Below the pieces are notes generated by a model. That model worked only from the letters and a program-made list of their open reading frames with translations. It had not been told where the DNA came from and did not search any database. The position numbers and the translations under genes were made by a program. Below, one piece after another: positions 1 to 8,754 of a DNA stretch of 35,400 bases. This stretch comes from Pseudomonadota bacterium (GTDB lineage: Bacteria > Bdellovibrionota_B > Oligoflexia > Oligoflexales > CAIMVM01): contig JBAXBA010000034.1 of NCBI GenBank assembly GCA_037142195.1, positions 1 through 35,400 of the forward strand. Direction: 5' to 3'. Positions within the stretch are counted from its first letter, which is position 1; each line of letters starts with the position of its first letter.

Positions 1-35
1 GCCTTTGGCGCGCGAAATATATGGAAGCGCTTAAA

Positions 36-53
36 TTTTCGCGGGAATGTGGG
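36..53 (+). repeat. 18-bp element TTTTCGCGGGAATGTGGG (left copy of an inverted pair)
   Basis: Exact reverse complement CCCACATTCCCGCGAAAA at 35346-35363. The left copy also overlaps a local hairpin CGCGAAA(11-17)/TTTCGCG(37-43). Confidence 0.8.
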
Positions 54-86
54 ATGACTTATTATTAAGCGTTTTTTTGCTTTCGA

Positions 87-115
87 TTGACAAAGCCTCA
101 TGCGGGCATAATAGT
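87..115 (+). promoter_or_regulatory. Putative sigma70 promoter for the 112-aa ORF
   Basis: Perfect TTGACA at 87-92, 17-nt spacer, AATAGT at 110-115; GAGGA SD before ATG 152. Confidence 0.45.
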
Positions 116-151
116 AATCCCCATATGAATTCCAAAAAAAGAGGATAAAAA

Positions 152-490
152 ATGAAACTACTATTTGCAATATCGTTACTTCTTGGTTTTTCCATTAAGG
201 GCTACAGCAATCCTTACCCAAACCCTAGTTTTGTCTGCATTGACAATCCAACTCCGTTTAACCTCCAAATTTTTTTAAACCGATCTCCGATCAACGTTGC
301 CGCAAGATATATGACACCCATCTCCACCGTTAATAACGGGCAGATCCTAGCGCAAATGAATACAAGACAGCTTGTAAATCAGCGCCCAGGATGGACAGAT
401 CTCGTTTTATTCCCAAATAACTTTGGGTGCAATGCCGACAACACCGTAAGTATTGGCATGACAGCTAGAAACGTACTTTTTTTCCAGTAA
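152..490 (+). CDS. Small secreted hypothetical protein (112 aa)
   Basis: GAGGA SD; N-terminal signal-peptide-like MKLLFAISLLLGFSIKGYS; N/P-rich mature part with two Cys; terminator downstream. No family recognised. Confidence 0.7.
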   Translation: MKLLFAISLLLGFSIKGYSNPYPNPSFVCIDNPTPFNLQIFLNRSPINVAARYMTPISTVNNGQILAQMNTRQLVNQRPGWTDLVLFPNNFGCNADNTVSIGMTARNVLFFQ

Positions 491-565
491 CCTTATTTAA
501 ATCCCAAAACTTATATAAGACGAAACACTCTACCTTTTACAGACAAGTGACATCATTTCCTAGAC

Positions 566-596
566 AGGGGCCTAAAATCTAGGCCCTCTTTTTTTT
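566..596 (+). terminator. Rho-independent terminator
   Basis: GGGCCTA-aaatc-TAGGCCC stem-loop followed by TC and a run of 8 T. Confidence 0.75.
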
Positions 597-824
597 GAAT
601 GGGCATAGTCACGAAAATTCTATACTGACAATCATTACCTTAGATTACAAAGATCATAGGCAAGGGTAGTTTTCCCGGAGCAAACTGCTTCATTGCAAAT
701 CCAACGAGAGATCCCTTGGAACAGCTTCCCCTTGAGGAAAGTCCAACTTTAAAAGTTTTTTTTGCTGGTACAAATGGCCTAGTTCTGTTTAGAATTGCCT
801 TTATTCAAATGCCGAGGCGGTTTT

Positions 825-2024
825 ATGAATCAGGATCTACTGATAAACAAGGTAAATGCTTCGTTAGACCCATACCCTATGGAAGAGCTGACTAAGATTC
901 GACTTCGACTCTTAAGAGAGCAAAAAAAAGTCTTTGATTTTGGTACTGGCGACCCCCAGATACCTGTTTGGCAACCAATGGTCGATGCCATGAAGTCTCA
1001 TATGGGTTCCTATTCTAGTTATCCTTCAGTGAGGGGCATTCCAGAGCTCGAAAAAGCTCACCTCTCGTACTTAAAGAAGCGATTCGGTATTGAAGACTCA
1101 GCAGGCTTGATGACTGTGCCCTCAAAGGGTTCAAAAGAATCCATTTTCCATATCGCTCTCTCGTTGATTGGGCGCCAAGGTAAAAAAATCCTTATTTACG
1201 GAGATCCTGCTTATCCCGTTTATCGTTCGTCTGCCCTTTTTGCTGGCGGAACTCCCTATCCCGTAAGCTTAACGGAGAGTAATGGGTTTAAACTTGAGCC
1301 CTGGAATCTTCCTTTAGATGTTCAAAATAACGCCGCCGCCATATGGGCAAACTATCCTCACAACCCAACAGGAGCCAACGTAGATAAGGCCTATTGGCTA
1401 AATCTCATCGATTGGTGCCACCAAAAAGACGTCATTCTGCTGTCTGACGATTGTTATGTCGATATTTACGATTCTGGATTTGATGAGCCTTCACGACAAC
1501 ATTTACGCCCCCTCACTCCCCTCATGTACTCCACAGACAGGGTGATTTCGTTTATGTCGCTCTCTAAAAGGTCAGGGCTAACTGGTTATCGAGCAGGCAT
1601 GATGGCGGGAGATCGTCGGATCCTTGAGCCCCATTTGAAAGCGCGAGCTAACTTCGGGGTCGCATGCCCAACTTATGTTCAACATGGAGCAGTTGTCGCG
1701 TGGAACGACGATGAACATGTGGCTCAACGACGTGAGATCTTTACCGAAAGAGTACATTTTGCTTCCCAGGCGATGCACGGGCTAGGAATTGAGCACGCAT
1801 GTCCCACTTCGACATTCTACCTTTGGGCGAAGATTCCTTCTAAATTCAAGGGTGACGATGTTAAGTTTTGCTTGGATCTGGCAGAAGAGGGCGTCATAAC
1901 AAGTCCAGCAAAATGGCTGGGAGAAAAAAGCTCAGGCTATTTCCGCCTCGCCCTAGTTCCTGAGTTAGAAGAAACTGCAGAAGCTATGAACCTGATCGAA
2001 AACTTTATTCGGAGATCGATATGA
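825..2024 (+). CDS. dapC: PLP-dependent class I/II aminotransferase, likely N-succinyldiaminopimelate aminotransferase
   Basis: Motifs GSKESIF, NYPHNPTG, DDCY, SLSKRSGLTGYRAG (PLP lysine). ATGA overlap with dapD. ATG 825 (GAGGCGG SD) preferred over TTG 795. Confidence 0.8.
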   Translation: MNQDLLINKVNASLDPYPMEELTKIRLRLLREQKKVFDFGTGDPQIPVWQPMVDAMKSHMGSYSSYPSVRGIPELEKAHLSYLKKRFGIEDSAGLMTVPSKGSKESIFHIALSLIGRQGKKILIYGDPAYPVYRSSALFAGGTPYPVSLTESNGFKLEPWNLPLDVQNNAAAIWANYPHNPTGANVDKAYWLNLIDWCHQKDVILLSDDCYVDIYDSGFDEPSRQHLRPLTPLMYSTDRVISFMSLSKRSGLTGYRAGMMAGDRRILEPHLKARANFGVACPTYVQHGAVVAWNDDEHVAQRREIFTERVHFASQAMHGLGIEHACPTSTFYLWAKIPSKFKGDDVKFCLDLAEEGVITSPAKWLGEKSSGYFRLALVPELEETAEAMNLIENFIRRSI

Positions 2025-2836
2025 ATCCCACAGAATTAAAGAGCGCCATTGAAGAGGCCCTCCTCAATCTTTCTGACCTCAAAAGGTATGAAGACGCCAT
2101 CCATCAAACCATACATCTCTTAGATGTCGGCAAAATCAGAGTTGCTGAAAAAAATGGAGATGAGTGGATCACTCATTCTTGGGTCAAAAATGCGATTTTA
2201 CTTTATTTTAAGATTGCTCCCATGGCAGCATATGAAGTTGGTCCCTATTCCTATCATGATAAAATTCCCCTAAAGACCAATTATAAAGATCTCAATGTTC
2301 GCGTCGTGCCTCCTGCGGTAGCGCGCATTGGCACATTTATGGAACCTGGCGTTGTGCTCATGCCCTCATACGTCAATATCGGAGCCTATATAGGAGCTGG
2401 TACGATGGTCGACACTTGGGCCACGGTGGGAAGTTGTGGACAAATTGGTAAAAATGTCCATCTTTCTGGCGGTGTCGGAATTGGGGGAGTTTTAGAACCA
2501 GCATCGGCTACGCCTGTTATTGTGGAAGACAACGCATTTATAGGATCACGAGCCATTATTGTTGAGGGAGTTCGCATTGGCCAAGACGCCGTGATAGCAG
2601 CCAATGTCACTCTAACGTCTTCCACGCCCATCATTGATGTGCGCACACCCGAGCACAAGGTTCTAAAAGGCTATGTCCCAGCTGGTTCTGTAGTGGTCCC
2701 TGGAACCAGAGAGAAGGAAGTTTCTGCCGGAAAGATCCACCTAGCTTGTGCGTACATTATCGGAAATCGCAAAGAATCCACAGATAAGAAAACATCTTTA
2801 AATGAAGTATTAAGAGAATTTTCCCTCTCCGTATGA
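2021..2836 (+). CDS. dapD: 2,3,4,5-tetrahydropyridine-2,6-dicarboxylate N-succinyltransferase
   Basis: Diagnostic DKIPLK, RVVPPAVAR, VLMPSYVNIGAY, MVDTWATVGSC, HLSGGVGIGGVLEP and C-terminal KTSLNEVLR. Confidence 0.95.
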   Translation: MNPTELKSAIEEALLNLSDLKRYEDAIHQTIHLLDVGKIRVAEKNGDEWITHSWVKNAILLYFKIAPMAAYEVGPYSYHDKIPLKTNYKDLNVRVVPPAVARIGTFMEPGVVLMPSYVNIGAYIGAGTMVDTWATVGSCGQIGKNVHLSGGVGIGGVLEPASATPVIVEDNAFIGSRAIIVEGVRIGQDAVIAANVTLTSSTPIIDVRTPEHKVLKGYVPAGSVVVPGTREKEVSAGKIHLACAYIIGNRKESTDKKTSLNEVLREFSLSV

Positions 2837-3183
2837 GTGACATAACATTTAAATTTCCAGACGGTTCAGAACAAAAACTGTCGGATCAGGAAGCTCAGAC
2901 CAAAATCTTGACTGCTGCCGTGAAGGCTAAAATCAAGATGAGATTTGGGTGTGCTTCCTGTCGCTGTGGAACCTGTGGAATTAAGGTTCTAGAGCCAGAG
3001 GCCCTAATCACCATGGGCCGAGATGAGAAGGCTCTCCTAGAGCGAATGGGACTAGACGCGTCAAATGGGTTTATTAGATTGGCTTGTCGAGCTAAAATAA
3101 CAGGCCATCACAACGTTACTATCGATTTAAGTTTTCAAGACCAGTACACTCCTGACGGTGGGTCCAATCATGGAGCCCTATAG
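2833..3183 (+). CDS. 2Fe-2S ferredoxin-type protein
   Basis: C-x4-C-x2-C pattern within GCASCRCGTC plus distal RLAC; ATGA overlap with dapD stop. Confidence 0.85.
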   Translation: MSDITFKFPDGSEQKLSDQEAQTKILTAAVKAKIKMRFGCASCRCGTCGIKVLEPEALITMGRDEKALLERMGLDASNGFIRLACRAKITGHHNVTIDLSFQDQYTPDGGSNHGAL

Positions 3184-3288
3184 GAAAGCTCCATAGCTTA
3201 TGAACCGTAACTTCAGATTGCATGTGCTGGGCAGAAATAAAGCGTGTTCTAGAGTAACTTGCTGTTTCATTTTTAAAAAGGACTCTGA

Positions 3289-3723
3289 ATGAACCCCGAA
3301 TATTGGCCTTACTATGTATTTATAGGCATTGTTTTAGTCGGTCTTGAGATCATCTTATCAGGTTTCTTTATGCTGCCCGTTGGAGTCGCCTTTCTTATTT
3401 CTGCGCCATTTTCATTGTTTATATCCGATCGCCCCGCCATGCATGTCATCACCGCTATTTTGGTGATCGTTTCGATTTATGTATTCCGAAAGTACTTTAA
3501 AAAGAGCGACATGAAGCAAAAGAATCCCGTCGAAGACCTAATTGGGAAAGAGATTGTCCTTGAAAGCGACCCCCACAACCAGGGACGAACCTATGGAAAG
3601 ATTTACGGTGAGTCCTGGGCCCTAGTCCCAGAGAACCCGGAAGATCAATTTGTGGCTGGAGAGGCAGCTCGCATTGTTGCTATGAATGGAAATAAACTCG
3701 TCATTAAGAAAATCAAGGAGTAA
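3289..3723 (+). CDS. NfeD-family (YbbJ-like) membrane protein
   Basis: Hydrophobic N-terminal helices (LVGLEIILSGFF), LIGKE and GESWAL in an OB-like C-terminus; directly upstream of an SPFH gene. Confidence 0.88.
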   Translation: MNPEYWPYYVFIGIVLVGLEIILSGFFMLPVGVAFLISAPFSLFISDRPAMHVITAILVIVSIYVFRKYFKKSDMKQKNPVEDLIGKEIVLESDPHNQGRTYGKIYGESWALVPENPEDQFVAGEAARIVAMNGNKLVIKKIKE

Positions 3724-3725
3724 GT

Positions 3726-4700
3726 ATGGATTTGGGTACATTAGCAAGTTTAGCCATATTAGGATTAGCTATTTTAATTGGCGCCAAAGGCATCCGCATC
3801 GTCAGACAGGGCGAATGTATTGTGGTCGAAAGATTAGGAAAATTTCATACAACATTGAATTCAGGGTTTAACGTCATTTTGCCTTTTATTGACCAACCCA
3901 GATCCATTTTTTGGATTGTAAATGGATTTGTTAGGCCCGCTGAAACTGTAGACTTACGTGAAGCAGTTTTAGATATTCCTGCCCAAGCGGTCATTACAAG
4001 AGATAACGTGGCAATTCAAATTGATGCGCTTCTTTATATTCAAATTACAGATATTAAAAAAGCCGCTTATATGATTGCAAACCTTCCAGCCGGGGTCGCA
4101 CAGCTTGCGCAGACTTCCCTAAGAAACGTGATAGGGGAGATGGATCTTGATGAGACTCTTTCTTCCAGAGATACCATAAATGCTAAACTGAAACTCATCC
4201 TTGATGATGCCACTGATAAATGGGGCGCAAAAGTGGTTCGTGTGGAACTTAAGAATATTTTTCCACCCGTTGAGATTCAAAGTGCCATGGAAAAACAAAT
4301 GCAAGCGGAACGAGAGAGAAGAGCCAAGGTCCTTGAAGCTGAAGGCGACAAACAAGCTAGAATTCAACGTTCTGAAGGTCTAAGACAAGAGCAAGTAAAC
4401 CTAGCGACCGGCGACAAAGAAGGCCGGATCCTGAATGCTGAAGGTGAAGCTCAGGCCATCATTCGTGTTGCAGAGGCAAAAAAGAAAGCCATTCAAGAAA
4501 TCACCCTTGGTTTTTCTGGAAATGCCGAGCTTTCCGCTAAATTTTTAATTGCCACCCAGTACTTGGAAACCCTAGATCGATTTAGTCAAAAACCGGGAGA
4601 CAAGGTATTTTTACCTTATGAAGCCTCAACGGCCCTCTCCTCTTTTGGAAGCGTTGCTGATTTGGTGAAAGTACAAGGCAAATCGGCATCACCTGTCTAA
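3726..4700 (+). CDS. SPFH/band-7 (QmcA/slipin-like) protein
   Basis: N-terminal TM, VVERLGKF, VITRDNV, LRNVIGEMDLDETLSSRD, AMEKQMQAERERRA coiled coil. Confidence 0.92.
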   Translation: MDLGTLASLAILGLAILIGAKGIRIVRQGECIVVERLGKFHTTLNSGFNVILPFIDQPRSIFWIVNGFVRPAETVDLREAVLDIPAQAVITRDNVAIQIDALLYIQITDIKKAAYMIANLPAGVAQLAQTSLRNVIGEMDLDETLSSRDTINAKLKLILDDATDKWGAKVVRVELKNIFPPVEIQSAMEKQMQAERERRAKVLEAEGDKQARIQRSEGLRQEQVNLATGDKEGRILNAEGEAQAIIRVAEAKKKAIQEITLGFSGNAELSAKFLIATQYLETLDRFSQKPGDKVFLPYEASTALSSFGSVADLVKVQGKSASPV

Positions 4701-4871
4701 AATAGACCGTTGTGGCCCTTTGAGTAGATATTTGTCATTTGAATTAAGGGACCCTTTACCAAAGGGCGGCCTCAAACGAGACCAAGAAATATCCATTTCC
4801 AGCAATCACCAAGGAATACCTAAGACCAAAAATCTAGCTCTAATCGCAATGCTTCTGAACCTCAGCCTAGT

Positions 4872-5621
4872 TCATGGAAAATGGGAGTTGGCAAAAAAAC
4901 TTATTTTTTCTATCACCCATTCTGGCGCATCTAAAGGCAAGTCATGTCCTGTTTCGGGATGAACAAAATGAACACCTCCATATTTTTGCGCTATCCTAGC
5001 TGAACAATTAGGGTTGACGAGTTGATCTTTCTGACTAGAAAGGACCAAGAGGGGTGTCGCTATTTTATGAGGCCCTTGATATTGAGATGAAATCAAGAGC
5101 TGTTTAAGCGCTTCGAGAGTTCTAGTGGGATGATGTCTTTCTATGGCTTCCCAGCTTGCTAATAGATCTGTGTCTCCTAGATGTTGGCTGGAGGTAAGAG
5201 ATAGAATGAGCTTTTCTTTCTTCAAGGGGGATGGTTTAAGGAGGCATTTTAGCAGAACCCATTTGCCGTGATTTGTAATGCGCTCATTCACTGGGCAGAT
5301 TCCGGCGAGGCTGCTGTTAATGGCTACGCATGTCCTAAAATCATCGGGAAATAGACGCAGCCACTCGAGAGCGACCATTCCGCCAAAGGATAATCCGAGG
5401 AGACTCCACGGCTTTTGGAGGTTGTGTGTTTTTAAAAACTGATGCCTCAAAAAATCGACGATTTCCTTCATAGCTAGCGGAGACTTATGTTCTGAAGCAG
5501 CACCAAATCCTGGTAAGTCCAAAGCCACGACCTCACCATGTCCTTGGGCAGACAAGGCTGAAGCAAAGTTCCCCCAATGGGAAGCCTGGCGGGAAAGACC
5601 TCTAAGTAAAAGCCAGTTCAT
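4872..5621 (-). CDS. Alpha/beta hydrolase
   Basis: WLLLRGL..HWG, LDLPGFG, nucleophile elbow GLSFGG, D in KDQLV, GHDLPLD. ATG 5621 lies immediately after the upstream stop, so preferred over 5678. Confidence 0.88.
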   Translation of the reverse strand: MNWLLLRGLSRQASHWGNFASALSAQGHGEVVALDLPGFGAASEHKSPLAMKEIVDFLRHQFLKTHNLQKPWSLLGLSFGGMVALEWLRLFPDDFRTCVAINSSLAGICPVNERITNHGKWVLLKCLLKPSPLKKEKLILSLTSSQHLGDTDLLASWEAIERHHPTRTLEALKQLLISSQYQGPHKIATPLLVLSSQKDQLVNPNCSARIAQKYGGVHFVHPETGHDLPLDAPEWVIEKISFFANSHFP

Positions 5622-5622
5622 G

Positions 5623-6576
5623 TTAAATAATACCCTCATGAAAAACAGTAATTTTATGAAATAAATCAAGCAGATCACGGTGACCTCGCATCACTCGATC
5701 ATAGCGGTGAGGAAGAATGGGATTAAAGTATCCTTTCGGGTCGAATGCTTGCAAGGGATTCTTTTTTACCCAAATCCAAGAACCAAGCTCTAAACACCAA
5801 GGCAAAAAAACTTTGTTGTTTTCACAGTTTTGATGGTGAAGATCAAATAAATAATCCCAAATGTCTCCATTAATCAAATAGGAGCTGGACTGCGGTTCGA
5901 TGAGATAGCGACTATAGGGGAGACTGTCGCGATATCTGCTCTCGATTTTCTCAATGCTGTTCTTTAAAGGAAAGGGCTTTCGTGTTTTTGAGTAGGGATA
6001 CCAGAGACGATCTCTCATACCAAATCCGCTATGAATATCTAGCGCCATGGAAAATGGTGCAGAAAACATTTGTTTTTTAACAAAATCTACTAAAGTTACA
6101 TTTTCAAATTCCATGCCTCTTTCAGGGTACCCTCGAAACCAAGGAAGATAGGAAGACAGTCGCTGCCCCGAGACGAGATTCCATGTGCTTCCTTCGCCCT
6201 CGATGGGACCATTTCGCATCAAATCAACACCGTTTGGGTTCGATCTTCTATTTAGGTACATACCTCCTGGGTTTACTATCGGAATGGATACGAGCCTCGA
6301 AATTTTGAATAAATCTTGAAGTGACTTGTCCCAAAGAAGCTGTTTGGACAAGAATTTAAAATAGTTAATGATAATGTGACTGCCTATTTTTTCTAACCCA
6401 TGGACTCCCCCGAACAAGCCAAAGGTCGGCAGAGTCGGGTCATCTGGGCCGATAGTAAGGCTATGAATAGGGAGAGAAATACCTTTGACATCTACGAGAC
6501 CGAGGCACTCCGACCTACAAAATTCCGGAGCTTGCTCTATAAACCTATTCAGTTTTTCTAGCTCGCTAAATGCCAC
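5623..6576 (-). CDS. M14-family zinc carboxypeptidase-like protein
   Basis: HxxE (GVHGLE), NPGG, RRSNPNGVDLMRN, DIHSG third ligand, LELG; GTG start with GAGG SD. Confidence 0.85.
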   Translation of the reverse strand: MAFSELEKLNRFIEQAPEFCRSECLGLVDVKGISLPIHSLTIGPDDPTLPTFGLFGGVHGLEKIGSHIIINYFKFLSKQLLWDKSLQDLFKISRLVSIPIVNPGGMYLNRRSNPNGVDLMRNGPIEGEGSTWNLVSGQRLSSYLPWFRGYPERGMEFENVTLVDFVKKQMFSAPFSMALDIHSGFGMRDRLWYPYSKTRKPFPLKNSIEKIESRYRDSLPYSRYLIEPQSSSYLINGDIWDYLFDLHHQNCENNKVFLPWCLELGSWIWVKKNPLQAFDPKGYFNPILPHRYDRVMRGHRDLLDLFHKITVFHEGII

Positions 6577-6898
6577 CTGAGCCTCACTTCTCTTGATAAA
6601 TGCCTGGTGGTTTGATTTAGGGGACCGCTCTCAAGAAACTAGGTCCCCATGTAACCAAAGCCGGACTAGTGTAGCTCTATGATCATACTGATCCGAAATC
6701 CCAAAAGCAATGGCCGGCGATTAGCGACTTGAATCGATAAGCCTCGAACTCACATTGTGACTCTGAAGCAACCTGTTATAACTCGGCTGAAGATGCCTCT
6801 GAAGAGTCGGCAACTACTTCCTATTTGTGAAGAATTCGAAAAGAGATAGGGACCTAAGAGGACCCAAATGCATGGGCGTCATCTTAAAATCCTCGCTA

Positions 6899-7717
6899 TC
6901 AATCACCTAAGTCTGGAAATAGAACTTTAGCTAAATGCACCCACATTTTTGGACTAATGGTTTCTGCCCTGGCGGTAAGGGGAAAGCCTAGGTCGGAAAT
7001 ATTGGTGTCGGGCTTTATAAAGTTAGAAATCGCATTCGACATCATTTTTCGACGCTGAGTGAATGCTTGTCGAGTTACGATTTCTGTTTTTTCTAATACA
7101 GACGGCGATTCCATAGTGGCTAAGTGCCTTAGGGAAAGAACCGCTGAATGGACTTTTGGTACCGGAGAAAAACAGGTATTTTTAACCATAAACTCGAGTT
7201 TCGGATTAGCCCTTAATTGAGTGAATACGGAAAGAGATCCATAGGCTTCCGTGTTTACGGCAGCAGCTACTCGGGCAGCAAATTCAAACTGAACTAAAAA
7301 GGAAATATATTTAACGCGACCCAATAAAGGTAAAACTGACCTCAGTATGGGGGTCGAAATATTGTAGGGAATATTACCACATATGGCGATGTTTCCCCGC
7401 CTACTTTCAAGCCAAGAGTTTAAATCAAATTTTAGTATGTCGGAATTGACAAAATCTACGGAGCCCTGAGAAGACTTAGTCATTTCGTCTTTCATGGTAA
7501 GAAGCAGTTCGAAAAAACGTGTGTCTTTTTCCACTGAAGTCACATGGAACCCGGCTTTTACTAAGTGCTTTGTGAGCACTCCGGCACCAGGACCAATTTC
7601 TAGTACATGATCGATAGATTCTTCTTTTAGAAGTTCGGTCATTTTAACACAGGGCCATTCTTCTTTTAAAAAGACTTGTCCAAGCGATTTCTTTTGATAA
7701 ACGAACGGCTTTCTCAA
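6899..7717 (-). CDS. rsmA: 16S rRNA m6,2A1518/A1519 dimethyltransferase
   Basis: KKSLGQVFL, VLEIGPGAG, GNIPYNIS, YGSLSV, FSPVPKVHSAV, QRRKM. Likely TTG start at 7717 overlapping the tsaD TGA, with GGAGG SD. Confidence 0.93.
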   Translation of the reverse strand: MRKPFVYQKKSLGQVFLKEEWPCVKMTELLKEESIDHVLEIGPGAGVLTKHLVKAGFHVTSVEKDTRFFELLLTMKDEMTKSSQGSVDFVNSDILKFDLNSWLESRRGNIAICGNIPYNISTPILRSVLPLLGRVKYISFLVQFEFAARVAAAVNTEAYGSLSVFTQLRANPKLEFMVKNTCFSPVPKVHSAVLSLRHLATMESPSVLEKTEIVTRQAFTQRRKMMSNAISNFIKPDTNISDLGFPLTARAETISPKMWVHLAKVLFPDLGD

Positions 7718-8754
7718 AGAGGACCTCCCATTCCATAGCGGGAGTACGCATCCCAATTTGCTTTAGCGGTAAACTTGCTCGGATCTGTTTCTAGATATTC
7801 AAAATAACCCAATGAGGCAATCATGGCAGCATTATCTCCACAATACTTTAGCTCTGGGAAGTAAACCGGTAGATCCACTTCGAGTTGAACGAGTTCTTTA
7901 AACCTAGAGTTTGCAGAAACTCCCCCCGCAACGATTACCGATCTAACGTCAGGATAGAGCCTTCGAGCCTGTTGTAACTTTCTAACAATCTGACCTAGCG
8001 CCTCTTCTTGAAACGACGAGGCGATATCTGACTTCGCTTGGTCATCAGCAAGGCCTTCATTTTCAAGCTTGCGCCAATGGTTTAACGCATGGGTTTTTAA
8101 TCCTGAATAGGAAAATTGAACCTTAGACTTGTCGTCTAATACCTTCGGCATGGGAAATCGACTTCTGTCGCCTTGTTTTGCAATCTTTTCAATCCACGGT
8201 CCGCCCGGAAACGGGAGCCCCAATATTTTTCCAACTTTATCGAAACATTCGCCACAGGCATCGTCAATAGACTGACCGACCAGCTCAGTCGACGTTCGCG
8301 AATTCATTTTATAGAGATGGGTATGGCCGCCAGATACCACAAGTGCGAGCGAAGGAAACAAATCGTTTTGAATTACCGAACTTGGAATGCTGAGCAGTGC
8401 TCCTTGCAAATGGGCGTGGACGTGATCTACGGGAATCAAAGGCTTAGATAGTCTCATGGCAGCTCCGCGCGCAAATGCCACACCAATTAAAACAGCGCCA
8501 ATAAGCCCAGGGCCCCGGGTTACGGCTATGGCATCGATATGCGAAGGATTTAATTCTGACTCAGACCACAGTTCTTGCCAAAGAAAAGGCAAAGCTTTTA
8601 AATGTTCTCTAGCAGCGACTTCAGGCACTACGCCACCAAAAACAGCGTGCTTAGCAACTTGAGATGCTATTTTAGAAGAGAGAACGATTTCTCCGTCCTC
8701 TACAAGGGCAAGAGCGGTTTCATCGCAACTAGACTCTACTCCTAAGATGATCAT
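7714..8754 (-). CDS. tsaD: tRNA N6-adenosine threonylcarbamoyltransferase
   Basis: LGVESSCDET, GGVVPEVAAREH, GPGL, HxxxH (HVHAH), VSGGHT, DDACGECFDK, FSYSGLK, GDNAAMI. Confidence 0.96.
   Translation of the reverse strand: MIILGVESSCDETALALVEDGEIVLSSKIASQVAKHAVFGGVVPEVAAREHLKALPFLWQELWSESELNPSHIDAIAVTRGPGLIGAVLIGVAFARGAAMRLSKPLIPVDHVHAHLQGALLSIPSSVIQNDLFPSLALVVSGGHTHLYKMNSRTSTELVGQSIDDACGECFDKVGKILGLPFPGGPWIEKIAKQGDRSRFPMPKVLDDKSKVQFSYSGLKTHALNHWRKLENEGLADDQAKSDIASSFQEEALGQIVRKLQQARRLYPDVRSVIVAGGVSANSRFKELVQLEVDLPVYFPELKYCGDNAAMIASLGYFEYLETDPSKFTAKANWDAYSRYGMGGPL

Noticed and set aside
734..744. GAGGAAAGTCC, identical to the conserved RNase P RNA 5' motif
   Set aside because: Followed by an AT-rich run instead of the conserved continuation; no 3' P4 motif; only ~80 nt remain before dapC.
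600..824. Lysine riboswitch upstream of dapC
   Set aside because: The context fits, but I could not find the conserved AGAGG-GC opening or the long P2/P3 architecture.
3170..3193. Hairpin ATGGAGC/GCTCCAT sharing TGGAGCCCTA..AGCTCC with the 24950-24967 hairpin
   Set aside because: The match is only ~10 nt and overlaps the ferredoxin coding end; not distinguishable from chance.
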